From contig NZ_CP036280.1 of assembly GCF_007748075.1 (NCBI RefSeq), positions 990,001 to 1,022,000 of the forward strand: DNA of 32,000 nt, in the 5' to 3' direction. The stretch comes from Mucisphaera calidilacus. GTDB lineage: Bacteria > Planctomycetota > Phycisphaerae > Phycisphaerales > Phycisphaeraceae. A program made the translations under genes and the position numbers. Each line of letters begins with the position of its first letter. Position 1 is the stretch's first letter. This document shows positions 8,920 through 16,150 of this stretch, one piece after another. Below the pieces are notes generated by a model. That model was not told the origin of the DNA and ran no database searches. It saw nothing but the letters and a program-made list of their open reading frames with translations.

Positions 8920-10236
8920 ATGAGATCCACGACCATCGCCGGTTTCGCGTCAGCTTTTGCCCTGGCCGCAGTTGCCCAGGGGCAGATTTTTATGGACGGG
9001 TATCTGGAGCCGGGCGAGTACGGCAGTGCTCTGTCCGTTCAGAACACCAACACCGGCTTCGGCGATTCGAACCTCGCCATGCCCGAGTTCGCCAACGGCT
9101 CCGAGATCGACGCCGTCTACGGCACGGTCGCCAACGACACCCTCTACCTGATGGTGACGGGCAACCTCGAGAGCAACTTCAACAAGATGGTCTTCATGGT
9201 CGACTCCGTTGCGGGCGGCGTGAACCAGCTGCTGAACGATCCCGAGGACCCGCTGCCCGATCTGGACTTCGGTGAGGGTGGTTTCCTCAACGGCCTGCGT
9301 TCCATGAGCGGCATCACCTTCGACGAGGGCTTCGAAGCCGACTACATGGTCGCCGTGACCCACGGCACAGAGAATATTGACGACTTCACCTCCGGCTGGC
9401 TGCTCTCGACACACTTCGCCGAGCTGAAGCCCCAGTCACAGAACCCGGCGGCGGGCTATGCCGGCGGCATCAGCAGCCCCGGCGTGCAGGGCGTTGACAG
9501 CGTCTTTGTGGATGCCAGTAATGCTGATCCCGGCACCACGCCGATCGAGCAGTTCTACATCACGCCCAGCGGCGGACGCCCCGCGGCCGACAACTCGGCC
9601 TTCGGCATCCAGGCCTCGATCAACAACCTCAATGCTTTCGAGGAAGACGATTTCGGTACCGTGACCGCCGGCGGTGTCTTCGGCAACGGCGAGACCGACG
9701 AGGCCAGCCCCGAGCTGATCGCTCTGGCCGAGCAGGTCACCACGGGCGTTGAGGTCGCGATTCCGCTGTCGACGATCGGCAACCCGACCGGCGACATCAA
9801 GGTTCATATCCACATCAACGGCTCGAACTACTCCTATCTCTCGAACCAGGTCAATGGCGTGGGCGTCCTGCAGGGCAACCTCGGCGGCGACGGCGCGGGC
9901 GGGTTCATCGGCGGCGCCGATCCCCTCTCGGGCATCGACTTCAACAACTTCGACGGCCTGCAGTACGACGTGATCGCCAACGGCTCGGGCCCCGTCCCCG
10001 GCGACGCCAACGGCGACGGTGTGGTCGACCTGCTCGACCTCTCGATCCTCGCCTCCAACTTCGAGGGCACGGACACCCCGTACACCAACGAAGAGGGTGA
10101 CTTCAACGGCGACGGCCTGGTCGACCTGCTTGACCTGTCGATCCTCGCCTCGAACTTCGAGTCGACCCCTGCTCCGGAGCCGGCGGGAGCCGCGCTCATC
10201 GGCCTCGGCGCGGTCGCCCTCCTGCGTCGTCGCTAA
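8920..10236 (+). CDS. Secreted PEP-CTERM-anchored protein with two dockerin-type repeats (438 aa); N-terminal domain unassigned
   Basis: SD GGAGG lies 6 nt upstream. Sec signal MRSTTIAGFASAFALAAVAQG|Q. C-terminus: GDANGDGVVDLLDLSILASNFE, then GDFNGDGLVDLLDLSILASNFE, then PEP (10174-10182) + AGAALIGLGAVALL + RRR. Confidence 0.85.
   Translation: MRSTTIAGFASAFALAAVAQGQIFMDGYLEPGEYGSALSVQNTNTGFGDSNLAMPEFANGSEIDAVYGTVANDTLYLMVTGNLESNFNKMVFMVDSVAGGVNQLLNDPEDPLPDLDFGEGGFLNGLRSMSGITFDEGFEADYMVAVTHGTENIDDFTSGWLLSTHFAELKPQSQNPAAGYAGGISSPGVQGVDSVFVDASNADPGTTPIEQFYITPSGGRPAADNSAFGIQASINNLNAFEEDDFGTVTAGGVFGNGETDEASPELIALAEQVTTGVEVAIPLSTIGNPTGDIKVHIHINGSNYSYLSNQVNGVGVLQGNLGGDGAGGFIGGADPLSGIDFNNFDGLQYDVIANGSGPVPGDANGDGVVDLLDLSILASNFEGTDTPYTNEEGDFNGDGLVDLLDLSILASNFESTPAPEPAGAALIGLGAVALLRRR
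10000..10161 (+). repeat. In-frame tandem pair of 22-codon dockerin-type (EF-hand-like Ca-binding) repeats
   Basis: Units at 10000-10065 and 10096-10161 are closely similar at nucleotide level (ggcgacgg...gtcgacctgct.gacct.tcgatcctcgcctc.aacttcgag). Confidence 0.85.
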
Positions 10237-10267
10237 GTACCTTCCCTTAACTGTCTCGCCTCATTTA

Positions 10268-10297
10268 CCCCGGCTCATTGCGAGCCGGGGTTTTTTT
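10268..10297 (+). terminator. Rho-independent terminator after the first PEP-CTERM gene
   Basis: 9-bp stem ccccggctc (10268-10276) / gagccgggg (10282-10290), 5-nt loop, then T7 (10291-10297). Confidence 0.85.
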
Positions 10298-10329
10298 GTG
10301 CTCATTGATGAGTCATTCCGGAGACGCGG

Positions 10330-10357
10330 TTGGATCCATCATGCGCTGTGATAAAAT
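10330..10357 (+). promoter_or_regulatory. Candidate sigma70-type promoter for the giant exoprotein gene
   Basis: TTGGAT (10330-10335), 16-nt spacer, extended -10 TGaTAAAAT (10349-10357). It sits directly after the upstream terminator and about 108 nt before ATG 10465. Confidence 0.4.
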
Positions 10358-10464
10358 GGGAATTGACTCGGGGAGTGGAGCCAACACGCCACGCCCTTAG
10401 GCGTCGCGATCACGGGCAACGACGAAGACGTCCTCACACGCATTGGAAAAAGGGAGCCTCAACC

Positions 10465-13400
10465 ATGGCACGGAGCACCAGTTGCCTCTTGGCTGCTGCG
10501 CTGGCGATCAGCACGGCCTCGACGACAGACGCACTCACCATCAACGCGACGTTCAACAGCTCGGCGTCGGACGCGCCCTCCTATGACAGCGATGGCTCCA
10601 AGCTCATCGACATCATGAATTACGCCGTCAGCGTCTGGGAGGACATCATCCAGGACCCGGGCACGCTTGAGGTCGAGTTTTATTACGACAACCTCAGCGA
10701 CGCCAACGGCACCCTCGGGCTGCACAACAACCTCGCGACCAGCGGCGGCAAGCCCACCTCGGCACGCATCCGGCTGGATACCCAGATCAACGGGAACAAC
10801 CGGCTGTGGTATTTCGATTCGACCCCTGAGGACAACAGCGAGTACGACATCGAGCAGACGCTGTATCGCGACCTGTCCGCGTCCAACCAGTCGAACTGGT
10901 TCCGCGGTTCGCCGCCTGATCTGCTCGAGGTCGGGTACCGAGGCGACGCGAAGTCAACTTCGTCTTCAACCGTTCGCGACGGTTACGACATGCTCAGCAC
11001 GGTGATCCACGAGTTGGGCCACGCGGTCGGGCTCACGGGCAACGTTTCTTCCGGCGAGTACGCCGACGGCGACTACGACATTCCCACGAGTTTTGTCAAT
11101 GGCAACACGATGGCCGTCGAGGGCGATGCGCACATCGACCCGCGTGTCGCGCTCATGTGCGGTGGTTGCGGCGCCACGGGACTGCGGCGGCTGCCCACGG
11201 CGATCGATGTTCTCGCGGCGGCTACGGGGGCCGGCTGGACCAACATAGACCTGCTGCGCCAGGACATGCTCTCGGGCGGGAACATGCGCACAGACTTCGA
11301 GTGGATCGGCAACGCGGTGCCCGGGGCTTTTGACGACGCATGGGTTCGCCACGGCGCCTATGCCTACCTCTCCAACTCGTCGAATCCCGGGAGTTTTTTC
11401 GCGAAGAATCTCTGGATCGGCGAGGGGTCGGAGGTCGACGCCAACGGCAACAAGATCGATGTCGGCGAGACGATCACCGTCAACCGATCGACGGGTGATG
11501 CGGCCGTGCAGCTGTTCGTAGACACGGACGGCGAGATTGAGTCGATGGACCTGATCGTCCAGGGCGCTGAACTCGACCTGAACGGCGGCCTTGTTGATGT
11601 CGGGAACGACCTGGACATCCTCAATAACGACGGGTTTACAGGGTTGATTACCGGAAATGGCACTATCGACGTCGCGGACCGGTTGTATGTCAACGGGCGG
11701 ATCGTCCCGGACGGCGGGACGCTGGTCTTTGACTCCGTACAGTCCGACGCGTGGGACATCGACGGTGCCGGAAATGGCGAACTGGATGCTACCAGCGGCA
11801 ACATTCACTTCGCCTCGGGCGGGGTCGCGGACGCGTTCGACGGCGTGATCACGGTGGGCGCGGATCAGTACGTGCAGTTTGATGTTGACTGGGAACTCGG
11901 AACCGGCGGCGTGCTGAATCTCAACGGCGGGGCCAGTCTCAGCGACACGGCCGAGATCCGAGGCACGGGTACCACGACACTCTCGGGCGTGGTGAACGTG
12001 GACGGCCACACCGAAATCGACACGCCCGTGATTGTCGAGAGCACGGCGACCGTGAACATCCCCGATCCGGATGATCGACTCGATCTCGGGAACAACATCG
12101 CCGACAGCATCACCTACAACGGCGGGGTCTTCACCGGCACGGGGACGCTGGTTCAGGACGGCGACGCAACGGTTACGTCCGGGGCCACCGTCACGATCCA
12201 GACGGACACGTTTGATTTTGATGGCGACACGATTTCTGACACGACGCTCGAAACCAATTCACGCATGGATATCACGGGCACCGGACTCAAGGACGCTCAC
12301 GACGGCATCATCACCATCCAATCCGGGGCGGTCCTGAACGTCAATACACGCAGCCCGCTGATCATCATCCCCCCGACGCCCGCGGAGGCCGATGCTGGCG
12401 ACGGCGACATCATTCTTCCGCCACTCACCTTCCCCGTCGCGTGGACGCTGTCGGGAACGCTGGACATCCAGGGAGGGACGCTTGAGGGTTCGCGGATGAT
12501 CGTCGGCGACGGCACGCCCGGCACGGTCACTGCGAGCAGCGGAACGGGCACCATCAACGCGCCGGTCACGTTCACGGGCAACTCCGTTTCTCAGATCAAC
12601 AGCACGCTGGACCTGGCCGGAACCGCGGTCTACGAGGGCGGGACGCACACGGGCACGGGCGCGCTGGTCTGGAACAGCAACATCGACGTGACCGCCGACA
12701 CGATTATCTCGGTAACAACCATCGACATGGATGGGGACGACGGCGACACAACGATCACCGTCGATCAGGACGCGACGCTCACGCTCAATCTGAGCAGCGT
12801 GGATTATGGCTTCACGCCCACGTTCAACGGCTCCCTGGTCCTCGACGGCGGCGGGTTCACCCTCAACAAGAACTCAGGTTCCTGGAACACGGCCGGGACC
12901 ATCACGCTCAACAACCCCGACGGTGCGCATGTGCCGGAGATCAACGGCAGCAAGATGAACATGACCGCAGGCGGGCTGATCCAGACCGCGGGCAGCGGAG
13001 ACTCGCGGATCGACGCTGACCTTGAGATCAACGGCGGCAGCCAGATCGACATCATCGACGACACCATACTCCGCATGCGTGGCGACATTATCTACGACGG
13101 CGGGAGCGTGACCGGCGACGGGGTCTTCCAGCAGGACGCCAACGCCACCGTCAACAGCGCAACGGTGATCGAGGTCGCGCGTTACGACATGGACGGCGCA
13201 GCGATCAACAACACGACGGTCGCGATCAACGCGCCGCTGACGATCAACAGCGAATCCATCGAGCGTACGGGGACCAACAACGATTACAACGACAGCATCG
13301 TGATCAGTCCCGCCGGCTCGCTCACGGTGAACACGCTTGAGCCATGGTCGATCACGGGGGCGTTTGACATCGACGCCACCGGCAAGACGACGCCGGTTCT

Positions 13401-14952
13401 GGACGGGCAGGACGTCGCGATCAACGGCACGGCTACGGTGGACGGCAACGCGCTGATTGAGGCGATTGTCGATATCGGAGGCGCGATTACGCTGACCGAT
13501 GGCACGGCCTACTTTATGCTTCAGGAGGGACACTTCTTCTCGCCGAACCTGATCAGCGGCGGGACGGTTGACGGAACTGGATTTCTCGCGGCTCGGCACA
13601 GCGCCTCGCTCTTTGGCTATGGCGAGATCGCCAGTAAGATCAATTTCTACCCCGGCTCCTACCTGCTCGCCGACGACGGGACGCTCAACATCACCGGTGA
13701 GATCGTCTCGATGGGCGTGCTCGGCACGAACGACGCTGATGGTGTTCTCCATCTCGCCAACGCCTTCAACACCGGTCTTGCCACGGGCATGGAACTCAAT
13801 GGAGGGTCGGTCACCGGTGCCACGCTGACCAACGAGACCTACATCGGAGGGCACGGGACGATCGCGACGCTCGGTCTGGTGAACAACGGCACCATCACCG
13901 CCGATGGCGGGCTGCTTGTCATCGATACCATCAATCTTCCCGATATCGATGGCACGGGCAGCGAGAACGGCATCCTGAATGCCGAGCTCGGCAGCATCCG
14001 CTTCGTGAACAATGCCAGCTATTTCTTCAACGGCAAGATCAACATCGCGGGCAGCAACAGCTTCGTGTCAACCGCAGGCGCGATGGTGATGAGCATCGAC
14101 TCGTCACTGAGCATGGACGACGGGTTCTTCATCGCCCCCGAGATATACCTCCGCGAAACGCTGATCACCGCCGGCACCCAATCTGTTCTTGACGGCGAGA
14201 CGACGTTCCGGTCGACCAGCAGCAGCACGATCAACAACCGCCTGCAGCTCGCGGGACCTCATGAGCACAGCATCGAATCTGGAGCCGTCTTCTCGGGCTC
14301 GGGCGAGATCTTGGTGAGTCACGCATCGACGCTTTCGCTCCTGGACGGTTCTGATGTCGGGATCGAGGTCATCAACGACGGCGCGCTGCGTGTGGGCAGT
14401 TCGCCGGGCGTCGCCACCGTCAACGAGTATCGGCAGACGGTCGATGGCGTGCTTGTCATGGAACTCGACGGTCTGAATCCGGGCACACAGTACGATCAGC
14501 TCTACGTCAATTTCGATGCTTACCTCGCAGGCTATCTCCTTCTCGACGTCAGCTTTGTGCCCGACTATGGCGACAAGTTCCTGCTGATGGAAACGGACGG
14601 GGGGGATATCTTTGACACGTTCGATGCCATCAAGGGCCTCGAAGTCGCGCCGAGTATGTCCCTCGCCGTGATCTACGACAACCTGCAGAACGTGATCGCG
14701 ATCGCGGCCCTGCCGGGCGACGCGAACCTCGACGGCAAAGTCGATCTCCTGGACCTCTCAGCGCTCGCGAGCAGTTTTGGCGATCTCGGCACCTGGGCTT
14801 CCGGTGACTTCGACGGCAACGGCAAGGTCGATCTGCTGGACCTCTCGATCCTGGCCGGCAACTTCGGGCAAACCTACAGCATCCCCGAACCCGCGGCAGC
14901 GGCCATCATGACCCTCGGCCTCGTCAGCCTTCGACGCCGATCCGCAGCCTGA
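10465..14952 (+). CDS. Giant secreted PEP-CTERM protein (1495 aa): N-terminal HExxH zincin-like domain, repetitive predicted beta-rich core, two dockerin-type repeats
   Basis: SD AGGGAG (10451-10456) lies 8 nt before ATG 10465. Signal peptide MARSTSCLLAAALAISTASTTDA. HELGH at 11008-11022 (STVIHELGHAVGLTG). A recurring module starts Y-x-GG-x-x-TG-x-G at 12115, 12631 and 13093. Tail: GDANLDGKVDLLDLSALASSFG, GDFDGNGKVDLLDLSILAGNFG, PEP (14884-14892), AAAAIMTLGLVSL, RRR. Confidence 0.9.
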   Translation: MARSTSCLLAAALAISTASTTDALTINATFNSSASDAPSYDSDGSKLIDIMNYAVSVWEDIIQDPGTLEVEFYYDNLSDANGTLGLHNNLATSGGKPTSARIRLDTQINGNNRLWYFDSTPEDNSEYDIEQTLYRDLSASNQSNWFRGSPPDLLEVGYRGDAKSTSSSTVRDGYDMLSTVIHELGHAVGLTGNVSSGEYADGDYDIPTSFVNGNTMAVEGDAHIDPRVALMCGGCGATGLRRLPTAIDVLAAATGAGWTNIDLLRQDMLSGGNMRTDFEWIGNAVPGAFDDAWVRHGAYAYLSNSSNPGSFFAKNLWIGEGSEVDANGNKIDVGETITVNRSTGDAAVQLFVDTDGEIESMDLIVQGAELDLNGGLVDVGNDLDILNNDGFTGLITGNGTIDVADRLYVNGRIVPDGGTLVFDSVQSDAWDIDGAGNGELDATSGNIHFASGGVADAFDGVITVGADQYVQFDVDWELGTGGVLNLNGGASLSDTAEIRGTGTTTLSGVVNVDGHTEIDTPVIVESTATVNIPDPDDRLDLGNNIADSITYNGGVFTGTGTLVQDGDATVTSGATVTIQTDTFDFDGDTISDTTLETNSRMDITGTGLKDAHDGIITIQSGAVLNVNTRSPLIIIPPTPAEADAGDGDIILPPLTFPVAWTLSGTLDIQGGTLEGSRMIVGDGTPGTVTASSGTGTINAPVTFTGNSVSQINSTLDLAGTAVYEGGTHTGTGALVWNSNIDVTADTIISVTTIDMDGDDGDTTITVDQDATLTLNLSSVDYGFTPTFNGSLVLDGGGFTLNKNSGSWNTAGTITLNNPDGAHVPEINGSKMNMTAGGLIQTAGSGDSRIDADLEINGGSQIDIIDDTILRMRGDIIYDGGSVTGDGVFQQDANATVNSATVIEVARYDMDGAAINNTTVAINAPLTINSESIERTGTNNDYNDSIVISPAGSLTVNTLEPWSITGAFDIDATGKTTPVLDGQDVAINGTATVDGNALIEAIVDIGGAITLTDGTAYFMLQEGHFFSPNLISGGTVDGTGFLAARHSASLFGYGEIASKINFYPGSYLLADDGTLNITGEIVSMGVLGTNDADGVLHLANAFNTGLATGMELNGGSVTGATLTNETYIGGHGTIATLGLVNNGTITADGGLLVIDTINLPDIDGTGSENGILNAELGSIRFVNNASYFFNGKINIAGSNSFVSTAGAMVMSIDSSLSMDDGFFIAPEIYLRETLITAGTQSVLDGETTFRSTSSSTINNRLQLAGPHEHSIESGAVFSGSGEILVSHASTLSLLDGSDVGIEVINDGALRVGSSPGVATVNEYRQTVDGVLVMELDGLNPGTQYDQLYVNFDAYLAGYLLLDVSFVPDYGDKFLLMETDGGDIFDTFDAIKGLEVAPSMSLAVIYDNLQNVIAIAALPGDANLDGKVDLLDLSALASSFGDLGTWASGDFDGNGKVDLLDLSILAGNFGQTYSIPEPAAAAIMTLGLVSLRRRSAA
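14716..14868 (+). repeat. In-frame pair of dockerin-type repeats in the giant protein
   Basis: Units at 14716-14781 and 14803-14868 are homologous to the pair at 10000-10161. Confidence 0.85.
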
Positions 14953-14979
14953 TTCACGATCAACGCGTCTGTCCGCACG

Positions 14980-15002
14980 GCCCGCGTCCACGTGACGCGG
15001 GC
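14980..15002 (+). terminator. GC-rich hairpin downstream of the giant gene; possible terminator lacking a U-tract
   Basis: gcccgcgtc (14980-14988) / gacgcgggc (14994-15002), 9-bp perfect stem with a 5-nt loop, 28 nt after the stop. No T-run follows. Confidence 0.35.
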
Positions 15003-15085
15003 TGCGCATGTGCAATCGCCGATTCTCAGGCTGTCGACCGCGAGTGTCCGATATTCGTTCAAAGACGACACTCACGGAGCGCCCC

Positions 15086-16093
15086 ATGGCAGACCAGTGC
15101 ATGACAGTCCTTGGCGGAGGCGGGTTCATCGGCGGCCAACTGGTGCGACACCTCCGAGAGACCCACTCGGGCCCGATCCGCAGTGTCGATATCAAGCCTG
15201 TCGGCGAATGGTTCCACCGCGTCACGGGTGTCGAGAATCTCGTGCTCGATCTCCAGCAGATCGATGCCTGCAGAATCGCCTGCCGCGACGCACATACGGT
15301 TTACAACCTGGCCGCGGACATGGGCGGCATGGGCTTCATCGAGAACAACAAAACGCTCTGCATGCTCTCCGTGCTGATCAACACGCACGCACTCGTGGCG
15401 GCACGGGATGCCGGGGTTGAACGGTATTTCTACGCATCCTCGGCCTGTGTCTACAACGCCGACAAGCAGCGATCCCACGACGTCGTTCCGCTGCGTGAGT
15501 CGGACGCCTACCCCGCCATGCCCGAGGACGGTTATGGGTGGGAGAAGCTGTTTTCCGAGCGCATGTGCCGTCACTTCCACGAGGACTTCGGCCTTGAGAC
15601 GCGCGTCGCGCGTTTCCACAACGTCTACGGGCCGCACGGCACGTGGGAGGGGGGGCGCGAGAAGGCCCCGGCAGCGATCTGCCGGAAAGTCGCCTTAGCC
15701 GAACTCACCGGAGATCGTCATATCGAGATCTGGGGCGACGGCCAGCAGACTCGGAGTTTTACGTATATCGACGACTGCATCGAGGGGATACAGCGGCTGA
15801 TGGCGTCTGACTGCCGTGAGCCGATCAACCTTGGTTCCAGCGAACTCACGTCGATCAGTAACCTCGTCTCGATCATCGAGGAGATCGCAGGCATCCGTCT
15901 CGAACGCGCCTACAAGCTTGATGCGCCCAAGGGCGTCAACGGCCGGAACTCCGACAACAGCTTCATACAGCATCAGCTCGGCTGGGCACCCGTGATCAGC
16001 CTCCGCGAGGGAATGGCCAGAACCTATGCGTGGGTGCGCGAGCAGGTTTCCAAACAGATGCAGTCAGCCGATACACGCCGTTCTGCCGCGTGA
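15086..16093 (+). CDS. gme: GDP-mannose 3,5-epimerase-like NAD-dependent epimerase (extended SDR)
   Basis: Rossmann motif VLGGGGFIGG. Long colinear matches to plant GME as I recall it: NLAADMGGMGFI, FYASSACVY, ESDAYPAMPEDGYGWEKL, RFHNVYGPHGTWEGGREKAPAAICRK, WGDGQQTRSFTYIDDC, REPINLGS, GRNSDN. GGAG lies 7 nt before ATG 15086. Confidence 0.85.
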   Translation: MADQCMTVLGGGGFIGGQLVRHLRETHSGPIRSVDIKPVGEWFHRVTGVENLVLDLQQIDACRIACRDAHTVYNLAADMGGMGFIENNKTLCMLSVLINTHALVAARDAGVERYFYASSACVYNADKQRSHDVVPLRESDAYPAMPEDGYGWEKLFSERMCRHFHEDFGLETRVARFHNVYGPHGTWEGGREKAPAAICRKVALAELTGDRHIEIWGDGQQTRSFTYIDDCIEGIQRLMASDCREPINLGSSELTSISNLVSIIEEIAGIRLERAYKLDAPKGVNGRNSDNSFIQHQLGWAPVISLREGMARTYAWVREQVSKQMQSADTRRSAA

Positions 16094-16150
16094 CCATCAG
16101 CCCGCAGTTATGGCAGTCCGTGTTGCGCGTGACGCTGTTGCGTCGTCGGT

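Noticed and set aside
8417-8923. ORFs 8417-8629 (70 aa) and 8639-8923 (94 aa) in the AT-rich intergenic region
   Set aside because: They have no SD and atypical composition for this genome. The second runs straight into the SD and ATG of the 8920 gene. They are more likely non-coding regulatory DNA.
10000-10161. Regularly spaced direct repeats of about 66 nt (also at 14716-14868) considered as CRISPR-like or mobile-element repeats
   Set aside because: They are in-frame coding repeats (dockerin-type units) inside long ORFs, only two per locus, with no cas genes.
10330-10464. Extended TTG-10330 start for the giant protein; likewise TTG-19825 for RecA
   Set aside because: The extensions translate to basic junk preceding an obvious signal peptide or the RecA N-terminus. 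Both TTGs coincide with candidate -35 boxes, and good SD sequences precede ATG 10465 and ATG 19915.
10966-13854. Antisense ORFs 10966-12009(-) and 12874-13854(-) inside the giant gene
   Set aside because: Shadow ORFs of a high-GC repetitive gene with R/V/D/A-rich translations. The sense frame is continuous for 1495 codons with signal peptide, HExxH and a PEP-CTERM tail.
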